A stretch of 64,000 bases of DNA from Candidatus Woesearchaeota archaeon (GTDB lineage Archaea > Nanobdellota > Nanobdellia > Woesearchaeales > UBA583), in the NCBI GenBank assembly GCA_965205335.1, contig OZ242164.1:480001-544000 (forward strand). The letters are read 5' to 3'. Position 1 is the stretch's first letter. Every line of letters starts with the position of its first letter. Shown here piece by piece: positions 1-8,792 of this stretch. Both the position numbers and the translations under genes were made by a program. The notes below the pieces were generated by a model. The model saw only the letters and a program-made list of their open reading frames with translations, ran no database searches and had not been told where the DNA came from.

Positions 1-2
1 AC

Positions 3-410
3 TCATCCATTGAATACGGAGAATATTTCAAAGACATCCTGACAGGAATTTATGCAAAGAGAAAACACAAAGTAATTATAGTTCAAAACATCCAAAACAA
101 ACAACTCATAGAATCTAAACTAAACAAATTTATAAGAATAGATGCATACCTTAACAAAACATCAAGAGTAATCCCAAACTATGAATTAATTAATAAAATA
201 TTTCCATATTCAAGCAAAGAAGTAGCAAACGAAATAAAAAGAATGAACCCATCTAAAGATGAAGTTTTCACAATCAAAACCAAAAACAGAAACATTGAAA
301 TCAAAGAAAATTATTATACAATAGTTAACCAATATGAAGGATATAAAACAATTGCCTCAAATAAGGAGTTTGAATTAATCTCTAAAATTTCTACAAACAA
401 GCATTCCTGA
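3..410 (+). CDS. 3' end of a CDS running in from the window edge (unknown; weak resemblance to an IleRS-type C-terminal region)
   Basis: Open frame from position 3 (SSIEYGEYFKDIL...PNYELINKIFPYSSKEVANEIK...HS*) to TGA at 408-410; no start within the window. Confidence 0.5.
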   Translation, partial: SSIEYGEYFKDILTGIYAKRKHKVIIVQNIQNKQLIESKLNKFIRIDAYLNKTSRVIPNYELINKIFPYSSKEVANEIKRMNPSKDEVFTIKTKNRNIEIKENYYTIVNQYEGYKTIASNKEFELISKISTNKHS

Positions 411-938
411 ACCTAATTCAATTCTCTCACACAAATACTTGGATTTCATAAATTCAACAAACTTTCCCATGTAACTATGAGAACTTATATTATCAAAAAC
501 CATCACAAAACTTTCACTTAGAAGATTCTTCCCTTCAAACATCTCTACAATTTCCCTATACTGCTTCTGAGCCGCATCAACAAAAACTAAATCAAACACG
601 CAATCAAACTTATAATTATTCAAAACGCAAAAAACATCCCCTTTCAAACAACTAATTTTCTCATCCAATTCACACAAAGAAAAATTCTTCTTAGCTTCAT
701 TAAACCTAAAATCATCAATTTCAATTGTAAATATCTTTCCCTTATGAAATTCTCTTGCCAAAAATAAAGTAGAATACCCATTAGAAGTTCCAATCTCAAG
801 TATGTTTTCGGGTTTTTTAAAAGAAACTAAATTTGATAAAAATTCCCCCTGTTCTCTTGTTATATCCCAATACTTAGAATCAAATTTAGACTCTTCAAGT
901 TCATAAAACTTCTTATCAATCAAATTATTAGATGGCAT
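375..938 (-). CDS. Class I SAM-dependent O-methyltransferase (YrrM/TrmR-like)
   Basis: ILEIGTSNGYST motif I, FDLVFVDA, DN motif. Confidence 0.85.
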   Translation of the reverse strand: MPSNNLIDKKFYELEESKFDSKYWDITREQGEFLSNLVSFKKPENILEIGTSNGYSTLFLAREFHKGKIFTIEIDDFRFNEAKKNFSLCELDEKISCLKGDVFCVLNNYKFDCVFDLVFVDAAQKQYREIVEMFEGKNLLSESFVMVFDNISSHSYMGKFVEFMKSKYLCERIELGSGMLVCRNFRD

Positions 939-957
939 AATTCATACCTAAACAAAT

Positions 958-1062
958 CTACTTAGAATTTCTAATCTTTCTCTTCCTGACTCTCATAATC
1001 TTCTTTTGCCATTTCCATCTCATCTGCCCCTTCTTTTTCCACCTTCTGGAACTTCTTTTCAT
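958..1062 (-). CDS. rpl41e: Ribosomal protein L41e (34 aa, not in ORF track)
   Basis: Manual translation MKRSSRRWKKKGQMRWKWQKKIMRVRKRKIRNSK*, matching the archaeal eL41 pattern; downstream of rpl39e. Confidence 0.85.
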   Translation of the reverse strand: MKRSSRRWKKKGQMRWKWQKKIMRVRKRKIRNSK

Positions 1063-1207
1063 TTATTATTTTAACCTCTCTAATTTTTTGATTAAACTTA
1101 CAAAAATTAATTATAATAACTTTTTAAATGTTTGCCCAAAAAAAAATTTTCTATTTAAGAACACTAAACTTAATATCGTCACCTTAAAAAAAAACTCTAA
1201 CAAAAAA

Positions 1208-1378
1208 TTAAACTTTAAGTTTATTCCTTCTCCAACTTCTCTTTCTTGACAAACGAGAGGGATGAACTTTCTTACCTGAACCAAACTTCTTAAGCACTAC
1301 AAAAACAGGAGCCCACTTAGTATTCCTATTAGCCCTAATCAACCTTGATTTCTTCGCTGGATGTTTATACCGTGTCAT
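1208..1378 (-). CDS. rpl39e: 50S ribosomal protein L39e (56 aa, not in ORF track)
   Basis: Manual translation MTRYKHPAKKSRLIRANRNTKWAPVFVVLKKFG...RKRSWRRNKLKV*. Confidence 0.9.
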   Translation of the reverse strand: MTRYKHPAKKSRLIRANRNTKWAPVFVVLKKFGSGKKVHPSRLSRKRSWRRNKLKV

Positions 1379-1880
1379 TCTTATCTTCCTCCTCTAAATT
1401 ATCACCTTCACTACTCTTAGTCTTTTCATCATTATTATCCTCACTATCATTTAAATTCCCACCAGAAGACTCCTCTGATTCCCCTTCCTGCGAGGAAGCA
1501 TTTTCACTCTCACCTTCACTCTCTTGAGCTTGAGGACTTTCCTCATTAGAAACATTCTCCATCTCACCTTCTTGAGCCTGATTCCCTTCCTCATTAGAAA
1601 CCCCCTTAGAATTTCTATTCACTATATGCTTAGAAGTTAGCCTTTCAAGAGTCTCTTTCTTATCGTAAACATTAGCACTTACAAGCACATTCAAACTACC
1701 ATAATGCGACTTAATTGAATTAACAACTACTAAATTTTCTTTTGTCTTAAACTTCTTTGCAATCTCCTCTTTTACCTTTGCCCTTGCATGAGTTGGTCCC
1801 TCCGTTTCAATCTGAACTAAAACCTCCTTTCTCCCCAAGAGTTTATTATCGCTTTCTTTTACAACTTCCATTTTACTCAT
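1365..1880 (-). CDS. rps24e: 30S ribosomal protein S24e with acidic C-terminal extension
   Basis: NKLLGRKEV...GPTHAR...VYD core of ~90 aa followed by an E/S/N-rich tail. Confidence 0.9.
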   Translation of the reverse strand: MSKMEVVKESDNKLLGRKEVLVQIETEGPTHARAKVKEEIAKKFKTKENLVVVNSIKSHYGSLNVLVSANVYDKKETLERLTSKHIVNRNSKGVSNEEGNQAQEGEMENVSNEESPQAQESEGESENASSQEGESEESSGGNLNDSEDNNDEKTKSSEGDNLEEEDKNDTV

Positions 1881-2502
1881 CTACAATCTCCGTTTTAACA
1901 ATCTTCCTTGTAACTTCCTTAATCCCATCCTTTGTTACAATCCTTGCAATATATCCTCCTCCACTTGCATTATCATTCTTAAATGATGCCTTAAAACACT
2001 TATCAAGCAAATCTAAAGCTTCCTTTTCTGACATATCTTTTTTATACTGCGAATCAAGAATACTCTTCACAAAAATACTACCAGAGCCCGTAGTTGCATA
2101 AGGCTCAACATCAATCATAGTTCCATCAGGACTCATATCATACAAAGATGCTCCATCCTTCTCATCAAATCCTCCCAAAATACTTGCTACAATCGCTCCC
2201 TGAGATCTTGCCCCGCTATACTGAAACGAATTAAGAACTGATGCTACCTCAGAAACTCTTGCAGTTCTTTCCTTCTTTAACTCAAGCAACTTAACCTCTG
2301 ACTTTAAGTATCTCATAAACAACTGTGCTGGAGATGCATGCCCTGCAATTGTTGCAACCGTATTAGATGAAACATTAAAAATCTTTGTAAACTTATCACT
2401 CTCAATTTTATATGTTGTAATTCTTCTATCCGCACTAAGCAAAACTCCATCCTTAAACAAAAACCCAATACAAGTAGTTCCCGTTTTAACCTCATTTAAC
2501 AT
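1873..2502 (-). CDS. psmB: Proteasome beta subunit
   Basis: Short propeptide then KTG|TTCIG catalytic Thr, ADRR, TGSGS, DNASG motifs. Confidence 0.95.
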   Translation of the reverse strand: MLNEVKTGTTCIGFLFKDGVLLSADRRITTYKIESDKFTKIFNVSSNTVATIAGHASPAQLFMRYLKSEVKLLELKKERTARVSEVASVLNSFQYSGARSQGAIVASILGGFDEKDGASLYDMSPDGTMIDVEPYATTGSGSIFVKSILDSQYKKDMSEKEALDLLDKCFKASFKNDNASGGGYIARIVTKDGIKEVTRKIVKTEIVDE

Positions 2503-2523
2503 TTTTATACTCTCTTTACCTCC

Positions 2524-3126
2524 TTACTTAGCAGCTGCTGCCATCTTCTCTATCTCATGCCTCTTAGACATTGCCATACTATTTGAATTACCCTCATAAC
2601 AACTTAAAATATCCTCAACTAAGGCGCTAACCAATGACTTATTTGAATCAAACGCTTTATACGCCGCTCCCTGACAAATACTGCGAATAACCAAATCAAC
2701 CCTTCTCTGTGGTCCCATATCCACCGCCTGAGCATACCTCGCGCCTGATCTCTCAATTGTAATTACTTCCTCTCTTGGTGCGGCTTTCTCAATAGCAATA
2801 ACAAGCACCTGAATTGGATTCTCCTTAGTTCTCTTTTCAAGTTCCTCTAAAACCTTATACATCATGTTCAAATGCAACTTAGACTTACCAGTATTATGTC
2901 CTGATGTCTGCTTATGCTTTTTTCCCTTATGCCCTGTAACTGCCATCCTATTCATAAACCTCTCAATAATATTAACCTTAGTCTTATAAAAAGCAGTATT
3001 ATGATGATAACCATTAGTTCTTGGAACCAAAATAGGACTTAAATTAATATACGGCTTTAAACCCTGATCTGATACAATAACACCTCTAAACGTCCATCTA
3101 TCAAATAACTTAATATCTTCTACCAT
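2524..3126 (-). CDS. rps7: 30S ribosomal protein S7
   Basis: KLFDRW, NPIQVLV.AI..AAPREE, AVD..PQRRVD motifs. Confidence 0.97.
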   Translation of the reverse strand: MVEDIKLFDRWTFRGVIVSDQGLKPYINLSPILVPRTNGYHHNTAFYKTKVNIIERFMNRMAVTGHKGKKHKQTSGHNTGKSKLHLNMMYKVLEELEKRTKENPIQVLVIAIEKAAPREEVITIERSGARYAQAVDMGPQRRVDLVIRSICQGAAYKAFDSNKSLVSALVEDILSCYEGNSNSMAMSKRHEIEKMAAAAK

Positions 3127-3127
3127 C

Positions 3128-3550
3128 TTACTTTCTCGCCCTCTCTATCTTACCTCTAACCAAAGCTCTTAAAGACTGCCCATTCACCTGAATAACCTTC
3201 CAACGAATTCCAGGAATATCTCCTTTGGACTTCCCCTTAATTCCGCCAATACCTTCAATCATTACCTCATCATGCTCATTAATAACCTTAGAAGCATTAT
3301 TTCCCGGAAGAAATGCCGCAACAGACTTACCATTCTTTGATAACTGAACAATAACACACTTTCTCAATGCTGAATTAGGCTGTTTTGCTTCCCTTTCCGT
3401 CTTCTCAAGAACAATTCCCTTAGCCTGTGACGAATTCTCAAGCGGGTCATACTTAGCCTTCTTTAAAGGATCAACTCTGACCTTCTTAAACTTAGACCTT
3501 CTCTCAATAAGTTTCTTTGCTCCAAACAATCCATTTGTCTTTCTTGCCAT
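3128..3550 (-). CDS. rps12: 30S ribosomal protein S12
   Basis: [12 protein letters not shown] and [10 protein letters not shown]; GGAGGT SD-like sequence upstream of ATG at 3550. Confidence 0.97.
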   Translation of the reverse strand: MARKTNGLFGAKKLIERRSKFKKVRVDPLKKAKYDPLENSSQAKGIVLEKTEREAKQPNSALRKCVIVQLSKNGKSVAAFLPGNNASKVINEHDEVMIEGIGGIKGKSKGDIPGIRWKVIQVNGQSLRALVRGKIERARK

Positions 3551-3589
3551 TTTCAAATACTACCTCCTTTGCAAATAATAATTTCCATC

Positions 3590-3964
3590 TTATTTCACCT
3601 CAACTACTGCTACTATGGACACATTAAACGGCTTTCCAAGTTTCTGCCCTAACTCAAGATTATCAAGTTCCAACTCCACAACCTCAACATCTGATAACTT
3701 TGCATAATGCTTTAACACTCTCAAAGTTAACTCATCAGGATTTGACGAAGTATAAACCTTCTTCACTTTATTAGACCTAAACAATTTCTGAGCAGACCTT
3801 GCCCCAAGCACTAATTTCTTCTCCCTATTAAAAGCCAAAAGTTCTATAACATTCTTATCCTCAACTTTTTTATCCTTTGACCTTTTAACAAACGCCTTCG
3901 TAAAACCCTTTAACTCACTAGCAGGTGTTTGTTCCTCCATATACATTTCTGTGGCATTTTCCAT
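3590..3964 (-). CDS. rpl30e: 50S ribosomal protein L30e with ~35-aa N-terminal extension
   Basis: KLVLGAR...ELGQKLGKPFNVSIVAV; position upstream of rps12. Confidence 0.88.
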   Translation of the reverse strand: MENATEMYMEEQTPASELKGFTKAFVKRSKDKKVEDKNVIELLAFNREKKLVLGARSAQKLFRSNKVKKVYTSSNPDELTLRVLKHYAKLSDVEVVELELDNLELGQKLGKPFNVSIVAVVEVK

Positions 3965-3979
3965 CTTTTAACGAAACAT

Positions 3980-4061
3980 AGAAGATGCGTTTAGAAGTCC
4001 CTTATCACTAATTCAGGAGTATACTCCATAACCAACACAAAGGTTACTTCTCACCTCTTCC
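3980..4061 (-). ncRNA. Candidate structured 5' leader (long imperfect hairpin) of the rpl30e-rps12-rps7 operon
   Basis: Nested pairings GAAGA/TCTTC, AGAAGT/ACTTCT, CCTT/AAGG, a GU-rich stem, and apical GGAG-TATA-CTCC; starts ~30 nt below TATA box at 4092. Confidence 0.55.
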
Positions 4062-4084
4062 TTAAAAAAATTAATGCATTTCTC

Positions 4085-4092
4085 TTTATAAA
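4085..4092 (-). promoter_or_regulatory. TATA box TTTATAAA of the rpl30e operon, 14 nt from MITE copy 1
   Basis: TTTATAAA on minus strand, ~30 nt upstream of the hairpin leader. Confidence 0.7.
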
Positions 4093-4106
4093 ACTAACCT
4101 ATTCAA

Positions 4107-4235
4107 GGCTCTGTCCGGAAATTGCTTTTTCCAAAATCTATGCTAACTATATTACAATCAAAGAAAAAAATTATTCGTCAAAAGTTGCTTTATTGATACA
4201 ATATTTTAAGTTCTCTTGAATTTCCGGACAGAGCC
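4107..4235. mobile_element. MITE copy 1, IS1595 family (ISPna2-like ends)
   Basis: Perfect 17-bp TIR GGCTCTGTCCGGAAATT; 8-bp TSD CTATTCAA (4099-4106, 4236-4243); four copies in the window. Confidence 0.92.
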
Positions 4236-4340
4236 CTATTCAAACCATTAACACATTATAAAAACCTTGCAGAAAACAAAACATTAAACCATCAAATAAA
4301 AAACCTTCAACAAAACATTATACAAGAATAAAATAAAAAA

Positions 4341-4661
4341 TCACTCGTTCTTTTTGGAATCATCCTTATCAGACTTTTTCTTATCTGCTTTTCTCTCCTG
4401 CTCCTTTGGAGTTCTCACCTCTCCTTTAACTTTAACTTCAATTCCAGCCTTCTCAAAAGCTCCCTGAACAGTTTGAGTATCATCCCCTTTCTTAATGCCA
4501 AGAACCTTTGCCAGTGGTTCAATATGGGTCTTATTTACTTTCTTCCTTCGTGTATTTCCATCAATTAAAACATACTTATCATCAACAACCTCAACAATAA
4601 CACAATACTCCCCTGCATCTCTACCTGCAGTTTTAACACATAACCTTCCAACCTCTAACAT
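4341..4661 (-). CDS. rpl14e: 50S ribosomal protein L14e
   Basis: EVGRLCVKTAGRDAGEYCVIV...RRKKVN..HIEP. Confidence 0.95.
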   Translation of the reverse strand: MLEVGRLCVKTAGRDAGEYCVIVEVVDDKYVLIDGNTRRKKVNKTHIEPLAKVLGIKKGDDTQTVQGAFEKAGIEVKVKGEVRTPKEQERKADKKKSDKDDSKKNE

Positions 4662-4668
4662 TTTTCAT

Positions 4669-4863
4669 CTAATCCTCCTCAGACCTCTTTGCAAGCCTTG
4701 TTATATACCCGACAATAGTATTTCTCATCCGTTTTGATGGAATCTTAGCAAACTTTTCTACAATCTCCTTATTCTTATCAAAACTCTCTGTAAACTCCTC
4801 TTTACCTTTCCCGTAAATTTTCTTACCATTAGCCTTTACATATCTGGTCTTAATTCTTCCCAT
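4669..4863 (-). CDS. rps17e: 30S ribosomal protein S17e
   Basis: MGRIKT...F..NK...SKRMRNTIVGYITR; start trimmed to MGRIK. Confidence 0.95.
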   Translation of the reverse strand: MGRIKTRYVKANGKKIYGKGKEEFTESFDKNKEIVEKFAKIPSKRMRNTIVGYITRLAKRSEED

Positions 4864-4958
4864 ACTAAAAATAATGCAATTCACTTTAAAAAGATTACTC
4901 AAAACAAAAACTATCCATTACCCAAAAAATTTATAACAAACTTAATACATACCTTACT

Positions 4959-5483
4959 ATGAAAATAACAATCTTCGGACTTGCAGGAACAGGAAAATCA
5001 ATAGTTGGAAAACTACTTGCAAAGAAACTAAATTACAAATACAAATCATCCGGCAATATGATGAGAGAATTCGCAAAACAAAGAAACCAGACAATCTATG
5101 AATTTGAAAAAGAAATCACATCAGATGAAACATTTAAATTTGACATACAACTTGACAACAAAATTAAAGAATTTGGCAAAAACAATAACGAATTTATCTT
5201 CGAATCAAGACTTGCATGGCACTTTATTCCTGACTCATTTAAAATCAAACTAATATGTAACAAAGAAGAATCATACAAAAGAATCTCCCAAAGAGAAGAT
5301 ATTTCCATAAACGAAGCAAAAAAGAAAACAATCCAAAGAGCAAACGAACTAATAGAAAGATACTCTAAAGTTTACCCACACATACAATTTCCTCCCCAAG
5401 ATAAAAAATTTGACATAATAATTGATACAACAAAAATAAGTCCCAAGCAAATAGTTTCTAAAATAATACAAAAAATAAAATAA
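4959..5483 (+). CDS. cmk: Cytidylate kinase (archaeal type)
   Basis: GLAGTGKS P-loop, SSG..R, ESRLA; TTTATAA 29 nt upstream of ATG. Confidence 0.9.
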   Translation: MKITIFGLAGTGKSIVGKLLAKKLNYKYKSSGNMMREFAKQRNQTIYEFEKEITSDETFKFDIQLDNKIKEFGKNNNEFIFESRLAWHFIPDSFKIKLICNKEESYKRISQREDISINEAKKKTIQRANELIERYSKVYPHIQFPPQDKKFDIIIDTTKISPKQIVSKIIQKIK

Positions 5484-5485
5484 CC

Positions 5486-6097
5486 CTAAGCAAAAACCGA
5501 TAAAAGTACCTGAGTAACCAAACCTGGGAAAAACAATGAAAAAAATATAAATACAAGCCCAATAATAATAAATGGCAGTATCAAAACAATCAGAGTCTGA
5601 GGTAAAGAGAACCTATAAAGTTCTGAAATTGAAACAAAAAGAGTGTAAACAAACCATGCAAAAAATACAGACATAACAAAAACACCATAAGCAAGTCCTA
5701 AAAACAAACTAACAAATGCAACTACAAATATAAGAAACGAATACACAATTGCAGAATGAAACCCAACAGACATCAAAGGTTCAATATGCTTCTTTGGATT
5801 AATAACTTCTGCCATTAATGCAAAAAAACCATATAAAAAATACACAATAAAATTAAACGCAAACGGATAAACCAGCAAAATCCCATAAAAAACAGGCATA
5901 TTAATCTCCCTACCTGCAAGATAGAACCCGCCTGATACAAGCCCTAGAAAATAAGTTACCAGAACTAACAAATAATTTATAAAAAGAGTAGTCAAAAAAA
6001 TCTCCTCTAAACTCTTTTCCCTTGAAACATGCCTTATGGTCTCCCTGTCAAAACTTAAAATCTTAAGACCCTGAAATAATGAAGTTCTTATATACAT
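5486..6097 (-). CDS. Multi-pass membrane protein, Yip1-like
   Basis: About five hydrophobic segments with a Yip1-like layout. Confidence 0.55.
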   Translation of the reverse strand: MYIRTSLFQGLKILSFDRETIRHVSREKSLEEIFLTTLFINYLLVLVTYFLGLVSGGFYLAGREINMPVFYGILLVYPFAFNFIVYFLYGFFALMAEVINPKKHIEPLMSVGFHSAIVYSFLIFVVAFVSLFLGLAYGVFVMSVFFAWFVYTLFVSISELYRFSLPQTLIVLILPFIIIGLVFIFFSLFFPGLVTQVLLSVFA

Positions 6098-6126
6098 AAA
6101 TTCTTCTACAAAAAATTACTATATAA

Positions 6127-7455
6127 TTATTTTTCACCTCTCAATAATTGAGAATTAAAATTCAAAATACAATCTTTAGGTATCTTGACACTCTGCCTTT
6201 TCAGTTTCTCCTTCGTCTCTTTAATTTCCCTTAAACTACTCCCTTGTTTCTCATTGAGACTTCCCAACCTATCCAAAATAACCAATGAAGAATTGTCATA
6301 AAACTTATCTCTTGTATGTTTAACCTTATCAACCTTAAACTCAATCTCTTCAATCTTCTTATCAAAAGACTTCAAATTATCCCTAAGAGATTCAATCTCC
6401 TTAACTATCGTATCAATCTCAATCTTAAACTTTCTAATCTTCTTATCAAGTTCAAGGGCTTTTTCCTTCTTCTCTCTCACCTCCTTTGATTTATCAGCCT
6501 CAAATTCCTCCATATTCATTCTTAACTCATCAATTTCTTTCTCCTTTCTACTTACTAAAACACTCACCTTTAGAATCTTCTCCCTAATCTTTGCAACCTT
6601 AATATGCAAAACATTAATCCTATAATCTATATCAGAAAACTTTGTCCAATAGATCAAACCAAGAGTTAGAAACATTAACCAAACATTTGGAACTCTTCTA
6701 ATTCCTAACTTCCTTTTCCTATTAAAAATATTTATTCTCTCCTTAAGAACCTTAACATCAAACTCCAGACTCTCAAGCTTTGAACTAATCCTTTTTTTCT
6801 CCAAACTCAAATCCCGTATCTTATCCTTTGCCAGACTGACCTTATCTTCTATACCTCTCTCTTTCCCTAAATCATCTCTTTCCCCTTGCAATTCCTCTAA
6901 AGACTCCTCATTCTCACTTAACTGAGAATCCAAAGGCTTTACAAAATCATTATAAAAACTTTCCTTCTCAGTTATTATACCTTTCTTCTCAGACTCCAAA
7001 TTACGAATCTCTAACTTTAAACCCTCAACTTTGTCATGCTCCAATCTCTTAACACCATCCACATACTCTCTTAACCTCTTCTCAATAACTTGTCTCCTTT
7101 CATCATCTTCCTTTAACTGATTCTCAAAAGCTTCCAATATTTCAATAGATGAAGTTATCTCAGCAAAAATATAATCATCATCTTTTGCCTTTACGAACTT
7201 CTTCTTATCCTCTTTCCACACCTTCTCAACCATCTTACTAACTCTTTCAAAATCAGAAATTAGCCCATAAAAACTAATCTTCTTAGGATTCAAAGCAATC
7301 TCATCTAAAACCTTAATAATACAAGAATTATTAAACTCAAAATCATCAGATTCATACGAAACCTTTTCCAGTCTGGCAAAATCAAAAAACTCTATCTTTT
7401 TTTTTTCCTTTGAAAATAACCTTCTGCCCTTAATATAGAAAATATCACTTCCCAT
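6127..7455 (-). CDS. Hypothetical coiled-coil protein with a central hydrophobic segment
   Basis: Long E/K/L heptad-rich ORF; VWLMFLTLGLIYW segment. Confidence 0.7.
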   Translation of the reverse strand: MGSDIFYIKGRRLFSKEKKKIEFFDFARLEKVSYESDDFEFNNSCIIKVLDEIALNPKKISFYGLISDFERVSKMVEKVWKEDKKKFVKAKDDDYIFAEITSSIEILEAFENQLKEDDERRQVIEKRLREYVDGVKRLEHDKVEGLKLEIRNLESEKKGIITEKESFYNDFVKPLDSQLSENEESLEELQGERDDLGKERGIEDKVSLAKDKIRDLSLEKKRISSKLESLEFDVKVLKERINIFNRKRKLGIRRVPNVWLMFLTLGLIYWTKFSDIDYRINVLHIKVAKIREKILKVSVLVSRKEKEIDELRMNMEEFEADKSKEVREKKEKALELDKKIRKFKIEIDTIVKEIESLRDNLKSFDKKIEEIEFKVDKVKHTRDKFYDNSSLVILDRLGSLNEKQGSSLREIKETKEKLKRQSVKIPKDCILNFNSQLLRGEK

Positions 7456-7579
7456 CTACCTAAAACTAACAAACCCAGTTTATAAATTTTTTCTATTCCT
7501 CCTATATTAATCCTTTTATGATAGTTATAAATCATTTTAAAATAATTTTGCTACCCTATAATTATAATTATTCATAAAA

Positions 7580-8611
7580 ATGGTATTAGGCTTCATAGAT
7601 TTCTTGTTTGGAGGAAGAAAGAAAACTAAACTTCCAAAATCCGCTCAGGTTTCATCTCCCTCACTAAGTTCCGCTTCAAATGAAGAAATGACAGAATGGT
7701 ACGATATATCAAATGACCTCCAGAACAGAACAGAAGACCTAACATTTGTTGATTCAAAAGAAGAGAACACACTAAAAACAATCACATCAGAAAACCCTCA
7801 AACTGTATCAGACTCAACACACTCTCCAAGAGGAGGACACAAAAAATCCTTATCAGAAGCCATTCACAAAATCAACACAGAAATAAAAGAATCAGAAGAT
7901 AAAATCACAGAAATAGTAACAGATATGAAAGAAGTTGGGAACAAAGTCACACAATTAGAACACAAAGTGGATAGTTTAGAAGAACACAGAAAACAAACAG
8001 ACGAAAAACTACAAGAATTCGATGAACATATGACTAAATTTTTATCCTTATATGAAATAATTAACAACAAATACAATCCATTTGTAAAAGAAGATTCAAT
8101 CCCTCAAACAAATAAAATAGAATTAGACTCACAAGGAAACACAATCTCAAACGAATTCCTATCAGAAGAAGAATTACAAATACTAAAAGAACCAAGCAAA
8201 ACAATTAATATAAAAGAAACATCAAACATAGAATCTGCTCTTCTTGAATTAGAAACAATTAATATTGAAGAAGCCGCAGGAGATGCAGTTCCCCTACAAT
8301 ATATAAAAAACAACACAAACTCATTAGTTATAATACTAAGTTGGTTAGAATTTCTAATAAAAAGAGTTGGAATAGATGAAACAAGAAATACTCTAAAATA
8401 TTACACAGAAACATTAAGATGGATTACCCCTAACTCATACTTTGAATTAGACAAATACTTAAAAGGAATGAAAGACAAAGAAATAACACAAGATTCCCAG
8501 CCAATCAACATACGAGATCACATAGTATCATTATATTTCATAAGCAAACTAAACGAAAAGAAACTTGACGACAAACTAACAAATGCTGTTTTTCACATCA
8601 TAAAACAATAA
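7580..8611 (+). CDS. Archaellum accessory protein, ArlC (FlaC) plus ArlD/E (FlaD/E) domain fusion
   Basis: FLSLYEIINNKYNPF (FlaC-like) and WLEFLIKRVG...YY...WI...DHIVSLYFISKL (FlaD/E-like). Confidence 0.75.
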   Translation: MVLGFIDFLFGGRKKTKLPKSAQVSSPSLSSASNEEMTEWYDISNDLQNRTEDLTFVDSKEENTLKTITSENPQTVSDSTHSPRGGHKKSLSEAIHKINTEIKESEDKITEIVTDMKEVGNKVTQLEHKVDSLEEHRKQTDEKLQEFDEHMTKFLSLYEIINNKYNPFVKEDSIPQTNKIELDSQGNTISNEFLSEEELQILKEPSKTINIKETSNIESALLELETINIEEAAGDAVPLQYIKNNTNSLVIILSWLEFLIKRVGIDETRNTLKYYTETLRWITPNSYFELDKYLKGMKDKEITQDSQPINIRDHIVSLYFISKLNEKKLDDKLTNAVFHIIKQ

Positions 8612-8792
8612 TCCTTAAAAATAAATAAAAGAAACAAAAACAGATAAAAAACTAAAGATAAAACCAATCTACCTTTAGTTTAATGCTCTTAGCCATTCTC
8701 TCGTGTGACCAAATAGAATATGATTTTTATAATTCTTCATAATACTATTCATTAATAGTAACATTTATAATTCTGTGTTTATTAGTATTAGT

